A stretch of DNA of 64,000 nucleotides from Oscillospiraceae bacterium (GCA_020054675.1 JAIHAL010000002.1:18042-82041); one strand, 5' to 3'; positions 37,481 to 47,497 are shown, counted from the first letter of the stretch. Numbers and translations: made by a program. Notes: a model not told the origin generated them from the sequence alone.

Positions 37481-39282
37481 CAATTCGGGCATGGTCCCGG
37501 TTTGAAGAGAGGCGAAAAAGCTTGAATAATGAAATTTTTTCAGTTAACGGCCCTGTTGTCAAAGTGAAAGACACCAAGGATTTTTCAATGCTTGAAATGG
37601 TTTATGTCGGTGAAAAGCGTCTTATTGGCGAAGTTATCGGAATTACCGAGGAATTTACCACAATTCAGGTATATGAGGTCACAACAGGCCTAAAACCCGG
37701 GGAGCCGGTATATCCGACCGGTTCGCCAATGTGCGCTACCCTTGCGCCGGGAATAATTACAAATATTTTTGACGGCATTCAAAGGCCGCTTAAAAAAATA
37801 GAAGAATTCAGCGGAGCTTTTATTGCAGAGGGCGCAAATGTTCCTGCCCTTGACGAAGAGAGGCTTTTTGACGTAAAAGTGGTTGCAAAACCCGGCGATG
37901 CTTTAAAAGGCGGGGATATTTACGCCACCTGCCCGGAAACTCCGCTTATAGAACATAGGTGCATGCTTTCGCCGAATTTGAGCGGCGTTGTAACATGGAC
38001 GGCGCCGGATGGGAAATATAAAATTACCGATAAAGTTGCCGAAATCAAAACCGATGATGGCAAGACGGTGGAGCTTACTTTGATGCAAAAATGGCCTATC
38101 AGACAGCCAAGACCGTCAAAGGAAAGACTTCCGATAAGCCGTCCGCTTATAACCGGACAAAGGGTAATTGATACCATACTTCCAATTGCAAAGGGCGGAG
38201 CTGCGGCAATCCCGGGAGGTTTTGGAACAGGCAAGACAATGACCCAGCACCAGCTTGCAAAATGGTGCGATGCGGATATAATCGTCTACATCGGCTGCGG
38301 AGAGCGCGGAAACGAAATGACTCAGGTTCTTGAAGAATTTTCCGAACTTATCGACCCGAAATCCGGAAATCACCTTACCGACCGTACGGTGCTTATAGCA
38401 AACACTTCAAACATGCCTGTTGCCGCGCGTGAGGCATCGATTTATACAGGTATAACCCTTGCGGAATACTACCGCGACATGGGATACCATATTGCCATCA
38501 TGGCGGATTCGACTTCACGTTGGGCTGAGGCTTTGAGAGAAATTTCCGGACGTTTGGAGGAAATGCCTGCTGAGGAAGGATTCCCGGCATATTTGCCGTC
38601 GCGTTTGTCGGAATTCTATGAACGTGCCGGATATGTGGAAACGCTTAACGGCAAGGAAGGCTCCATTACAATAATAGGAGCGGTTTCACCGCAAGGCTCC
38701 GACTTTTCGGAACCTGTCACACAAAACACCAAGCGTTTTGTGCGCTGCTTCTGGGCTCTTGATAAGGCGCTTGCCTATGCAAGGCATTATCCTGCAATAA
38801 ACTGGACTATGAGCTACAGCGAATATACTGATGATTTAGCTGAATTTTACAATAAAACCGTGGGCGAGGATTTTTTGAATTACCGTCAGGAAATTTCAAA
38901 TATCCTCATTGAAGAAAATAAGCTCATGGAAATTGTAAAGCTTATAGGCGCGGATGTCCTTCCGGACGACCAAAAACTTGTAATTGAAATTGCAAGGGTT
39001 GTAAGGGTGGGATTTTTGCAGCAAAATGCTTATCATAAGGATGATACTTATGTTCCGCTTGAAAAACAGCTTTATATGATGGGACTTATTTTAAACCTTT
39101 ATAAAAATGCTAAAAATGCCATTGCAATAGGCATACCGATAAGCGAGATAAGCGCTTTGGGACTTTTTGAAAAGGTTATAAAGGTAAAATACGATATTCC
39201 GAATGATAGACTTGATATGTTTGATGAGTATAATGCGGAAATAAATTCTGCATTCAGCGAGCTTATGCAAAGGCACAGCTAA
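37477..39282 (+). CDS. ntpA: V-type ATP synthase catalytic subunit A
   Basis: Walker A GGFGTGKTM. ATGA overlap with subunit E. An internal TTG (LNNEIFSVNGPVVKV) is an alternative start. Confidence 0.9.
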   Translation: MTIRAWSRFEERRKSLNNEIFSVNGPVVKVKDTKDFSMLEMVYVGEKRLIGEVIGITEEFTTIQVYEVTTGLKPGEPVYPTGSPMCATLAPGIITNIFDGIQRPLKKIEEFSGAFIAEGANVPALDEERLFDVKVVAKPGDALKGGDIYATCPETPLIEHRCMLSPNLSGVVTWTAPDGKYKITDKVAEIKTDDGKTVELTLMQKWPIRQPRPSKERLPISRPLITGQRVIDTILPIAKGGAAAIPGGFGTGKTMTQHQLAKWCDADIIVYIGCGERGNEMTQVLEEFSELIDPKSGNHLTDRTVLIANTSNMPVAAREASIYTGITLAEYYRDMGYHIAIMADSTSRWAEALREISGRLEEMPAEEGFPAYLPSRLSEFYERAGYVETLNGKEGSITIIGAVSPQGSDFSEPVTQNTKRFVRCFWALDKALAYARHYPAINWTMSYSEYTDDLAEFYNKTVGEDFLNYRQEISNILIEENKLMEIVKLIGADVLPDDQKLVIEIARVVRVGFLQQNAYHKDDTYVPLEKQLYMMGLILNLYKNAKNAIAIGIPISEISALGLFEKVIKVKYDIPNDRLDMFDEYNAEINSAFSELMQRHS

Positions 39283-39300
39283 GGGAAGGGAGGAAAAAGA

Positions 39301-40695
39301 ATGAGCATTCAATACGTCGGACTTAAAGAAATCAACGGACCTTTGGTTGTGCTGGATAAAGTTGACCACGCAAGCTATGATGAAATTGCCCAAATCCGCC
39401 TTTCTGACGGGACTACCCGTGTAGGAAGGGTTGTTGAGGTGGCAGGCGATAAGGTTGTACTTCAAGTGTTTGAGGGAACAAAGGGACTTTCGCTTACAAA
39501 CACAAAGACAAGGTTTTTGGGAAAACCAATGGAAATGCCGCTTTCAACGGAAATTCTCGGACGCGTGTTCAACGGTTCAGGAAGACCGATTGACGGCCTT
39601 GGCGAAATTTATCCGGAAAAGTCCATGGATATAAACGGAAAGCCTCTTAATCCGGTTTCAAGAACTTATCCGAGAAACTATATAAGGACCGGAATTTCTT
39701 CCATAGATTGCCTTATGACGCTTATAAGAGGGCAGAAGCTTCCGATTTTCTCCGGTTCGGGACTTTCTCATAACAAGCTTGCCGTTCAGATAGTGCGCCA
39801 GGCGCAGATTGCCGAAGAAAGCGGACAGGATTTTGCGGTTGTTTTTGCCGCAATGGGCGTTAAAAACGACGTTGCCGATTATTTTAAGAGGAGCTTTGAG
39901 GACAGCGGAGTGCTTCAAAGGGTTGTAATGTTTTTAAATCTTTCAAATGACCCGATTATAGAGAGAATTTTGACTCCAAGATGCGCTCTTACTGCTGCGG
40001 AATACCTTGCTTATGAAAAGAATATGCATATCCTTGTAATTTTAACGGATATGACTTCATATGCGGAGGCGCTGCGTGAATTTTCATCATCAAAAGGTGA
40101 GATTCCGGGAAGAAAGGGATATCCGGGCTATCTTTATTCCGACCTTGCATCTCTTTATGAGCGTGCGGGAGTGGTAAAGGGTTCCACCGGTTCGGTTACA
40201 CAGATACCGATTCTGACCATGCCTAACGATGATATAACGCATCCGGTTCCGGACCTTACCGGATATATTACCGAGGGGCAGATTACGCTTGACAGAAACC
40301 TTGACCAGACGGGAATTTATCCTCCTGTTTCGGTGCTCCCATCGTTGTCGCGTCTTATGAAGGACGGCATAGGCGAGGGATATACAAGAGCGGACCATTC
40401 TGCGGTGGCAAACCAGCTTTTTGCCTGCTATGCAAGAGTTCAGGATGCAAGGGCGCTTGCATCTGTAATAGGCGAGGAGGAGCTTTCCGATATAGATAAA
40501 GCTTATATGAGCTTTGGGGCAATGTTTGAGAAATATTTTATTTCACAGCGCTTTGACGAAAACAGAACTATTGAGGAAACCCTTGACCTTGGATGGGATT
40601 TGCTTTCACTTTTGCCTATGTCAGAGCTTGACAGAGTTGACGAAAAGCTGCTTTCCGAAAAATATCATCCGGAAAGAGCGCTGCGCTTTAAATAA
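39301..40695 (+). CDS. ntpB: V-type ATP synthase subunit B
   Basis: 464 aa. Non-catalytic A/B-family fold with motifs SGSGLSHN and [14 protein letters not shown]. Confidence 0.9.
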   Translation: MSIQYVGLKEINGPLVVLDKVDHASYDEIAQIRLSDGTTRVGRVVEVAGDKVVLQVFEGTKGLSLTNTKTRFLGKPMEMPLSTEILGRVFNGSGRPIDGLGEIYPEKSMDINGKPLNPVSRTYPRNYIRTGISSIDCLMTLIRGQKLPIFSGSGLSHNKLAVQIVRQAQIAEESGQDFAVVFAAMGVKNDVADYFKRSFEDSGVLQRVVMFLNLSNDPIIERILTPRCALTAAEYLAYEKNMHILVILTDMTSYAEALREFSSSKGEIPGRKGYPGYLYSDLASLYERAGVVKGSTGSVTQIPILTMPNDDITHPVPDLTGYITEGQITLDRNLDQTGIYPPVSVLPSLSRLMKDGIGEGYTRADHSAVANQLFACYARVQDARALASVIGEEELSDIDKAYMSFGAMFEKYFISQRFDENRTIEETLDLGWDLLSLLPMSELDRVDEKLLSEKYHPERALRFK

Positions 40696-40713
40696 TTTTT
40701 AGGAGATGAGCTG

Positions 40714-41361
40714 ATGGCGGAGCAGATTTTTCCAACCAAGGGGCATTTATTAAAAGTAAAAAAGTCCTTGCAGCTTTCGCAGCTCGGCTATGAGCTTCTT
40801 GACAGAAAGCGCAACATCCTCATAAGGGAGCTTATGGCGCTTATAGATACTGCAAAATCGTTGAGAGGCTCGATTGAGGATACTTATAAGGAAGCCTATG
40901 CGGCTTTGCAGTATGCCAATATAACCCTCGGCGTGATACAAAGCGTTGCAAATTCCGTTCCCATTGAAACTGGGATAAAGGTTTCATATAGGAGCGTAAT
41001 GGGAGTAGAGCTTCCTAAAATCACCATGGAAAAAAGGGATTTAAAACTTATTTACGGCTTTGAGAGGACAAATTATGCCCTTGATTACGCATATATTTGC
41101 TTTGATAAAGTAAAGCAAATGACTGTTGTCCTTGCGGAGGTTGAAAACAGCATTTATCGTCTTGCCGTTGCCATAAAGAAAACGCAAAGCAGGGCAAATG
41201 CCCTTAAAAACATAATGATTCCAAAATTTCAGGCTTATGTCAAGTATATTTCAGACAGCCTTGAAGAAAAAGAACGTGAGGAATTTTCACGTCTTAAAGT
41301 CATTAAAAGCCAAAAGAATAGAAAACTTGCTTTGCAAAAAAAAGCCGCGCTCCCGTCATAA
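40714..41361 (+). CDS. ntpD: V-type ATP synthase subunit D
   Basis: 215 aa. The start PTKGHLLKVKKSLQLSQLGYELLDRKRNIL is typical of D subunits. Confidence 0.9.
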   Translation: MAEQIFPTKGHLLKVKKSLQLSQLGYELLDRKRNILIRELMALIDTAKSLRGSIEDTYKEAYAALQYANITLGVIQSVANSVPIETGIKVSYRSVMGVELPKITMEKRDLKLIYGFERTNYALDYAYICFDKVKQMTVVLAEVENSIYRLAVAIKKTQSRANALKNIMIPKFQAYVKYISDSLEEKEREEFSRLKVIKSQKNRKLALQKKAALPS

Positions 41362-41380
41362 AGGGGCGCGCTTTTATTTT
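41346..41380. terminator. Terminator hairpin at the end of the V-ATPase operon
   Basis: CGCGC(T)CCC / GGGGCGCG stem followed by CTTTTATTTT. Lies between convergent ORFs. Confidence 0.55.
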
Positions 41381-41387
41381 AGGCATT

Positions 41388-41567
41388 TCATTTTTCGTTT
41401 TCGTTGACCCAGTCCCTGGCGGCAGATGCGTTTATTTCACTTATATTTTCAACGTTTCCGTCAGTACGGGTTTTGTTGTTGGTTATTATGTTGGTTGCAA
41501 AAAGGGGGGAAACTCCCGCCGGGCGGTATATTTTTGCTTTGTTTAAACGCGTTATTTTTTTAGGCAT
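41388..41567 (-). CDS. 59-aa hypothetical protein (internal start of the tracked 148-aa ORF)
   Basis: AAGGAG sits 9 nt before the ATG at 41567. Translation is MPKKITRLNKAKIYRPAG...ARDWVNENEK. The longer tracked ORF has no RBS and overlaps the divergent gene's promoter region. Confidence 0.4.
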   Translation of the reverse strand: MPKKITRLNKAKIYRPAGVSPLFATNIITNNKTRTDGNVENISEINASAARDWVNENEK

Positions 41568-41724
41568 AATACTTTGCTCCTTTGCAGATTTTTTAATTTG
41601 CCGGCTGTTATTATTATTTGTTTGATGCGCTGATTTAAACGAAAATTTTAATGGAAAAGCCGTTGTTATATTTAAAAAAAAGCGGTATAATAAGCTTGTA
41701 ATTTTTGAATCCGGAGGTTTGATT

Positions 41725-42276
41725 TTGAAAAAAACAAGTTTTTTAAAGAGGATACTTAAAGGCTTTCTTGCCCTGCTTATTTTGGATGTGGGATGCCTTA
41801 TATTCGGCGCCTCATTCATAAGCTTTTTCAACAATTTTTTTGTGGGGATTCTTGGCGGAATAATTTTTTCGGCATTTTTGGCAATATCAATGATAGGCTA
41901 TGCTTATGACTTTGGACAGGAGGATAGGAAGCTTGAAAAGCGTGGAGTCCCGCGCGACACAAAAATGTCATTTAAGCTGGCCGGAACAATGATGATTTTC
42001 CCGCTGTTGCCATGGATTGTTTTGATTGCAAATAAAGCGGGAATTTTCAGTTGGAATTTCCTCCCGATTTATAAACTGCTTAATTCATTTTACATACCGT
42101 TTATGCAGATTTTTTCCGAGGACGGAAAGATTGCAAATTTTCCGCTTTACGGCTTTGCCATTCTTTTTTTGCTGATTTTGATTATTCCCGTATCCATTTA
42201 TTTTGGCTATGATTTTGGATATAGAGATATAGACCTTACGATGAAAATTTTTTACGAAAAAAATCATAAACAATGA
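41725..42276 (+). CDS. Integral membrane protein of unknown function
   Basis: GGAGG at 41713-41717 with TTG at 41725. Four or five hydrophobic helices. Confidence 0.55.
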   Translation: MKKTSFLKRILKGFLALLILDVGCLIFGASFISFFNNFFVGILGGIIFSAFLAISMIGYAYDFGQEDRKLEKRGVPRDTKMSFKLAGTMMIFPLLPWIVLIANKAGIFSWNFLPIYKLLNSFYIPFMQIFSEDGKIANFPLYGFAILFLLILIIPVSIYFGYDFGYRDIDLTMKIFYEKNHKQ

Positions 42277-42324
42277 GCTTTCCTCATAAGCATTAACTGA
42301 AAATTAATGCGAAGGGGAAGGCTT

Positions 42325-43068
42325 ATGATAAAGTTTGGGAATAAGGCAAGGACGGCATGCCTTGTGCTTGTAATTGCATTTAGTTTTTTGGTTGTTTATT
42401 ATACGATTGCAAATGTAAATGTTTCGGTTCCGACCATAGGTGGAGTAAGCGATGATTTTTGGATAGTCATTGATGCCGGACACGGCGGGATGGACGGCGG
42501 ATGTTCAAGCGCTGATGGTGTTCCGGAAAAAGGGATAAATTTAAATATACTTTTAAATTTAAGGGACCTTTGCAGGGTTTTCGGGTATAATGTGGATGTT
42601 ACGCGGGACAGTGATGTTTCAATCCATGATAAAGGCGTCAAGGGGATTGCAAACCAAAAGCGTTCGGATATGGATAACAGGCTTGCCATATTCAACAGGC
42701 ATTCCAATGCGCTTTGCCTTTCGGTTCATCAAAATAAATTTACTGACCCCAAGTACAGCGGGGCGCAGATGTTTTATTCCGACAACAATCCCAAAAATGA
42801 GGGGATTGCACGCATAATGCAGCAAAAATTCGTCGAGTATCTGCAACCGGAAAATACCCGTGAAATAAAGCTTTGCGGCAAGGAACTTTTCCTTTGCTAT
42901 TACTGCAAAAATCCGACTGTTATGATTGAATGCGGATTTCTTTCAAATCCGGACGAAGCGGCAAAACTTAAAACTGAGGAATACCAGAAACAAATTGCGT
43001 TTACCATCTTTTCGGGAATAAATGAGTACTTGCAGCAGGAGATGAATTCTGCAAATACGGTAAGTTGA
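42325..43068 (+). CDS. cwlD: N-acetylmuramoyl-L-alanine amidase, CwlD-like
   Basis: N-terminal TM anchor and Amidase_3 motifs IDAGHGGMDGG and ECGFLSNPDEA. Size and architecture match germination-specific CwlD. Confidence 0.7.
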   Translation: MIKFGNKARTACLVLVIAFSFLVVYYTIANVNVSVPTIGGVSDDFWIVIDAGHGGMDGGCSSADGVPEKGINLNILLNLRDLCRVFGYNVDVTRDSDVSIHDKGVKGIANQKRSDMDNRLAIFNRHSNALCLSVHQNKFTDPKYSGAQMFYSDNNPKNEGIARIMQQKFVEYLQPENTREIKLCGKELFLCYYCKNPTVMIECGFLSNPDEAAKLKTEEYQKQIAFTIFSGINEYLQQEMNSANTVS

Positions 43069-43086
43069 ATTTTAAGGAAGATAAAA

Positions 43087-44445
43087 ATGGCAAAAGTAAA
43101 AAATATTTATGTATGCAGGGAATGCGGCTTTGAAAGCTCAAAATGGAATGGAAGGTGTCAAAGCTGCGGCGCATGGAACAGCTTTGAAGAACAGCAGGTT
43201 TCAAGCTCCTCCAAAGGCTATGCTAAAAAAAGCATTGACATTGAAAAAATAATGGAATTGTCCGAAATAGATACCGAGGGGGAAGTCAGATACTCAACCG
43301 GAATAGGCGAGCTTGACAGAGTCCTTGGCGGCGGCCTTGTCAAAGGTTCGCTTGTGCTTTTGGGCGGAGAGCCGGGGATAGGCAAATCCACATTGCTTTT
43401 GCAGATATGCGAGTTTTTGGGCGGAGAACATACCATCCTTTATGTTTCCGGCGAGGAAAGCCTGCGCCAGATAAAACTTCGCGCAAAAAGGCTTGGAGTG
43501 GATACTCCTAATCTTTATCTGCTTTCAATGACGGATGCGCAGGCAATATGCGGCGCAATTTCTGAGCATAAGCCTGAAATTGTGATAATTGATTCCATAC
43601 AGACCATGAATATACCTGAAATCCCGTCAAGCCCGGGCAGTATAACTCAGGTTAGGGAATGCTCAAGCCTTTTCATGAAAACTGCAAAGTCTGAGGAAAT
43701 ACCGATTTTCATAGTGGGCCACGTCAATAAGGACGGTGCGATAGCAGGCCCTAAGGTTATGGAGCATATTGTTGACGCGGTGCTTTATTTTGAGGGAGAA
43801 AGAAACCTTTCATATAGAATTTTGCGTGCGGTTAAGAACCGTTACGGCTCAACAAATGAAATAGGCGTTTTTGAAATGGCTGAAAACGGACTTTGCGAGG
43901 TTGAAAATCCGTCACTTATGCTGCTTTCCGGAAGACCGCTGAATGTGTCCGGAACCTGCGTTGCCTGCGTTATGGAGGGTTCAAGGCCAATTCTTGCGGA
44001 GGTTCAGGCGTTGGTCACAAAGAGCGGATTTTCCGCTCCAAGACGAACATCCACCGGATTTGACTATAATAGGGTTGCAATAATAATTGCGGTGCTTGAA
44101 AAGAGAATGGGGCTTTATTTTGGCACGCTTGACGTTTACATAAATGTAATAGGAGGGCTAAAGCTTGATGAACCGGCGGCAGATTTGCCGATAGCAATAG
44201 CGCTTTATTCAAGCCTTTTGGATAGGCCTGCCGGGGATGATTTGATTGCTTTTGGGGAAATAGGACTTGGCGGAGAAATACGCGGTGTTTCGCGCATAAG
44301 CCAAAGGATTGCCGAGGCGCAAAGGCTTGGCTTTAAGCGTTGTATAATTCCAAAGCAGTCCCTTGCGGGGATAAATCCCAAAAATTATTCAATAGAGATT
44401 TTAGCTGTTTCAAATTTAAAACAGGCATTTGATGTTATAGCATAA
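43087..44445 (+). CDS. radA: DNA repair protein RadA/Sms
   Basis: Zinc finger CRECGF...CQSCGAWNSF, Walker A GGEPGIGKST, KNRYG motif, and a Lon-like C-terminus. Confidence 0.95.
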   Translation: MAKVKNIYVCRECGFESSKWNGRCQSCGAWNSFEEQQVSSSSKGYAKKSIDIEKIMELSEIDTEGEVRYSTGIGELDRVLGGGLVKGSLVLLGGEPGIGKSTLLLQICEFLGGEHTILYVSGEESLRQIKLRAKRLGVDTPNLYLLSMTDAQAICGAISEHKPEIVIIDSIQTMNIPEIPSSPGSITQVRECSSLFMKTAKSEEIPIFIVGHVNKDGAIAGPKVMEHIVDAVLYFEGERNLSYRILRAVKNRYGSTNEIGVFEMAENGLCEVENPSLMLLSGRPLNVSGTCVACVMEGSRPILAEVQALVTKSGFSAPRRTSTGFDYNRVAIIIAVLEKRMGLYFGTLDVYINVIGGLKLDEPAADLPIAIALYSSLLDRPAGDDLIAFGEIGLGGEIRGVSRISQRIAEAQRLGFKRCIIPKQSLAGINPKNYSIEILAVSNLKQAFDVIA

Positions 44446-44448
44446 AAA

Positions 44449-44478
44449 AATTCCGTCCTTTGCGGCGGAATTTTTTTG
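44449..44478 (+). terminator. Rho-independent terminator
   Basis: AATTCCG / CGGAATT stem followed by a TTTTTT run. Confidence 0.7.
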
Positions 44479-44551
44479 TTCTTCGCTAATAATTCCCTGC
44501 CAAATTGAAATAATATTTCTAAATAAATCATTATTGCGGGGAGTTGGTTTT

Positions 44552-45508
44552 GTGAAAAAAATGGCGGCAGTTTTGTTGTTTACATTGGCTTTGTGTGTTT
44601 TTATACTTAACGTTCCGACGGTGGTGGTAAATTCACTTCCAAAGGCAAAAATTGCACAGCTTAAAGAAATTGAGTATGCGGAAAGCGTCAGCGCCAAGGG
44701 CGAAGTTTCCAAAAAGGATTCAAAAACGGTAGAGGCTCCGGCGCCTATGGTAATTTCAAAAATTTTAGTAAAAAAGGGAGATAAGATTAAATCCGGACAG
44801 GCAATAGCGGAGGTTGACTGTTCTGCTACGGCAAAAAAAATAATGACTTCGGGACAATATTCGTCATTTTTAAGCGGCAAATCGGTTTCAAGCTATGATG
44901 AAATTCTTTCATTGGTTCCCTCACAAGTAAAATCCGATTTTTCGGGCACAGTGGAAAGTGTCAATGCGGAGAGCGGCAATTTTCTTTCTGAGGGGGATAA
45001 GATAATAAGCCTTATAGGCTCGGATGCTTTTGTGGTTAAAGCTTCTGTTTCTGAAAATTATATTTCCAAAATAAAAGTAGGGCAAAACGCCGTAATAACC
45101 GGAAATGGTTTTGAGGGGGAATATTCCGGTACGGTGGAGGAAATTGCCTCTGAAGCTAAAAAGGAGTATGTAGGCACAACCGAAGATACTGTTGTAGAAG
45201 TAAAGATAAGATTTAACGATGCCGATGAAAATATAAGGCCCGGGTATTCTGCAAAAGTAAAAATTTTTACTTCCGAGCCTAAAAAAATAAAAGTGGTTCC
45301 CTATGAAGCTGTAATGCAGGATGAAAACAACAATGAATATGTTTATGTATTCAATAACGGAATTGCCGTGAAAAAGGATATAAAAACAGGCGCCGAACTC
45401 AGCGAGGGAATTGAAATTGCAGATGGGCTTTCCGGAAACGAAAATATACTATCCCCTTCGGATAACATTAAAGATGGGCAGTATGTAAAGCTTGAAGGGG
45501 AGAATTAG
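44552..45508 (+). CDS. HlyD/efflux periplasmic adaptor family protein
   Basis: Signal-anchor, then a lipoyl-like motif (VKKGDKIKSGQAIAEVD), then beta-barrel domains. The GTG start at 44552 lies after GGGGAG. Confidence 0.75.
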   Translation: MKKMAAVLLFTLALCVFILNVPTVVVNSLPKAKIAQLKEIEYAESVSAKGEVSKKDSKTVEAPAPMVISKILVKKGDKIKSGQAIAEVDCSATAKKIMTSGQYSSFLSGKSVSSYDEILSLVPSQVKSDFSGTVESVNAESGNFLSEGDKIISLIGSDAFVVKASVSENYISKIKVGQNAVITGNGFEGEYSGTVEEIASEAKKEYVGTTEDTVVEVKIRFNDADENIRPGYSAKVKIFTSEPKKIKVVPYEAVMQDENNNEYVYVFNNGIAVKKDIKTGAELSEGIEIADGLSGNENILSPSDNIKDGQYVKLEGEN

Positions 45509-45509
45509 C

Positions 45510-46694
45510 ATGCTTGAATGTATAAAAACGGGGATGCGCGATTTGTTCAGGAGCAAATTGCGTTCATTTCTTACAATCGGCGGAATTTCAATAGGCGTCC
45601 TTTCGGTGGTGGTGATTTCATCAATAGGGGAAATAGGCAAAACGGAAATAAATGCCCAAATGACCGATATGGGAATGGACAGCGTTGTGGTTACAGCGGA
45701 CCTTAATAATTATTCCGGCCTTAAAGATGAGGATTTGGAAAAAATAAAAAAAATACCGTCAATAGAAAATGCCATGCCGCTTATGAATTTTGTAACAAAA
45801 AGCATAGTTTTTGACAATGCCGAGCAGTGCATGCTTTGGGGGGTAAACGAGGATGCCGGACGGGTAATAGAGCTTTTGCCGGTTTACGGCAGGCTTATAA
45901 ACCGCGGCGATGTGGCATCAAAGGCAAAAGTTTGCGTAATTGATGAAAAAGTGGCGCTTTCGGGCTATAAACGCTCAAATATAGTCGGCAAAACCATAAA
46001 AGTGGTTATAGGAGGTTCGCAAGAAGAATATACTGTTGTAGGGATTGTAAAAAACGGGGTAAATATGCTCCAAAATATGCTTGGAGGGATTATTCCCAAT
46101 TTTATTTATGTTCCTTATACCACGCTTCAAATCCAAAGCTCACAGTATTTTTTTGATGAGGTTGTGGTAAAAATGAAAGATGATTTGCCGACTGAAAACA
46201 TAACAAAAAGTATAGAACGTTATGTTTTATACGGAAGAGAAGTCCCGTGTCAAATAAAGGTGCAAAACCTTTTAAAGCAAAAATCCCAATTAAACGGGAT
46301 AATGGATATAGCCGCCGCTGTGCTTTCGGTCATAGCGGGAATTTCGCTTGTGGTTTCAGGGCTTTCAATAATGACGGTGATGCTTGTCTGCGTAAATGAA
46401 AGGACACGGGAGATAGGCATAAAAAAATCCATAGGCGCAACAAATATGGATATAATGACCGAATTTTTGATGGAGGCCCTGCTTATAACATTGATAGGCT
46501 CTGCAATAGGAGTGGTTTTGGGGATAGCAGGTTCGGTTGCCGGCTGTATTTTGCTTGGCTTAAAAATTGTTTTGAATTTAAGAATGATTTTAACGGTAAT
46601 AGTTTTTTCAATGCTTATAGGCCTTGTTTTTGGTGTTTATCCGGCATATCGCGCGGCAAGCCTGAGGCCGGTTGATGCTTTAAGGTTTGAATAA
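45510..46694 (+). CDS. ABC transporter permease, MacB/FtsX type
   Basis: N-terminal TM segment, large extracytoplasmic MacB-like domain, and C-terminal FtsX helices (IGIKKSIGAT motif). Confidence 0.85.
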   Translation: MLECIKTGMRDLFRSKLRSFLTIGGISIGVLSVVVISSIGEIGKTEINAQMTDMGMDSVVVTADLNNYSGLKDEDLEKIKKIPSIENAMPLMNFVTKSIVFDNAEQCMLWGVNEDAGRVIELLPVYGRLINRGDVASKAKVCVIDEKVALSGYKRSNIVGKTIKVVIGGSQEEYTVVGIVKNGVNMLQNMLGGIIPNFIYVPYTTLQIQSSQYFFDEVVVKMKDDLPTENITKSIERYVLYGREVPCQIKVQNLLKQKSQLNGIMDIAAAVLSVIAGISLVVSGLSIMTVMLVCVNERTREIGIKKSIGATNMDIMTEFLMEALLITLIGSAIGVVLGIAGSVAGCILLGLKIVLNLRMILTVIVFSMLIGLVFGVYPAYRAASLRPVDALRFE

Positions 46695-46716
46695 GGCTTG
46701 TACGATTTTTGGGTAA

Positions 46717-46752
46717 AGGCAAAATCCCTTGACTTTTGCCAAGGGATTTTTG
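46717..46752. terminator. Bidirectional terminator
   Basis: AAAATCCCTTG / CAAGGGATTTT perfect 11-bp arms between convergent genes. Confidence 0.75.
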
Positions 46753-46761
46753 GAAACCGTA

Positions 46762-46899
46762 TTAGCAGCACTGATTGTTGCAGCAAGGATTGCAAGTATT
46801 GCAGTTAAATCCTCCGCAGCAGCAGAACAATACGATAAGAATGATAATCCACCAGCAGCATCCGCCGCCGAAGCAGTTATTGTTGCATCCACAGTTCAT
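46762..46899 (-). CDS. 45-aa Cys-rich tiny membrane protein (14 Cys; YjcZ/tiny-TM-like)
   Basis: TAAGGAG sits 9 nt before the ATG at 46899. Translation is MNCGCNNNCFGGGCCWWIIILIVLFCCCGGFNCNTCNPCCNNQCC. A terminator follows immediately. Confidence 0.65.
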   Translation of the reverse strand: MNCGCNNNCFGGGCCWWIIILIVLFCCCGGFNCNTCNPCCNNQCC

Positions 46900-47066
46900 C
46901 AAAAAACACTCCTTAGTAAAATGTATTAAAACGGGAAAACAGGAAGGTACCTTGGGGATATCCGTCGCTGCTTTCGTTTTATAGTACATTTTATGGCAAA
47001 GGAGAATTTATGTTACAGAAATTTTCCCCGCCTTTTGTTTTTGCAAGGCGGGGAAATATTTGGTTT

Positions 47067-47462
47067 TTATTTTTTGTTTATGTAGCGTCCGAGCTCCTGG
47101 TCTTCTTTTTTGATATGGTTCAAAAGCCAGTCAACCACAATGGAATTTATTTTTCCTACGGTAACTATTGATGCTCCGTCGCGGATAATTTCTTCTTTAA
47201 GTTCTTGAACTTTTTTAATAAAAGCTTCATGGATTGCCTTGTGTTCTTCAAATTTTGGATAACCGCTTTGTTTTTGAACAATTTCCTCATCGTGGAAATG
47301 CCTTATGGTATATTGTTCCAAAAAGGAAATTAAGTTTACAATTTCCTGTCTGCCTTTGCCGCTTTTGCAGGCGTCAAGAAAATTATCCGTCATATCGCAG
47401 AGCATTTTGTGCTGTGTGTCTATTGCAGGAATGCCTATTTTAAGATTATCATTCCAAGTCAT
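47067..47462 (-). CDS. Bacteriohemerythrin
   Basis: AAGGAG RBS. Hemerythrin ligand pattern IDTQH...HFHDEE...HKAIH...NHIKKED. Confidence 0.9.
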   Translation of the reverse strand: MTWNDNLKIGIPAIDTQHKMLCDMTDNFLDACKSGKGRQEIVNLISFLEQYTIRHFHDEEIVQKQSGYPKFEEHKAIHEAFIKKVQELKEEIIRDGASIVTVGKINSIVVDWLLNHIKKEDQELGRYINKK

Positions 47463-47497
47463 AGATTGAAAACTCCTTTAATATGGAAATTTTGGTA

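Noticed and set aside
46729-46989. Plus-strand 66-aa and 69-aa ORFs, and the 75-aa extended version of the Cys-rich ORF
   Set aside because: The plus-strand ORFs are antisense shadows of the codon-repetitive Cys/Asn gene. The 75-aa extension has no RBS, whereas the internal ATG at 46899 has TAAGGAG at ideal spacing.
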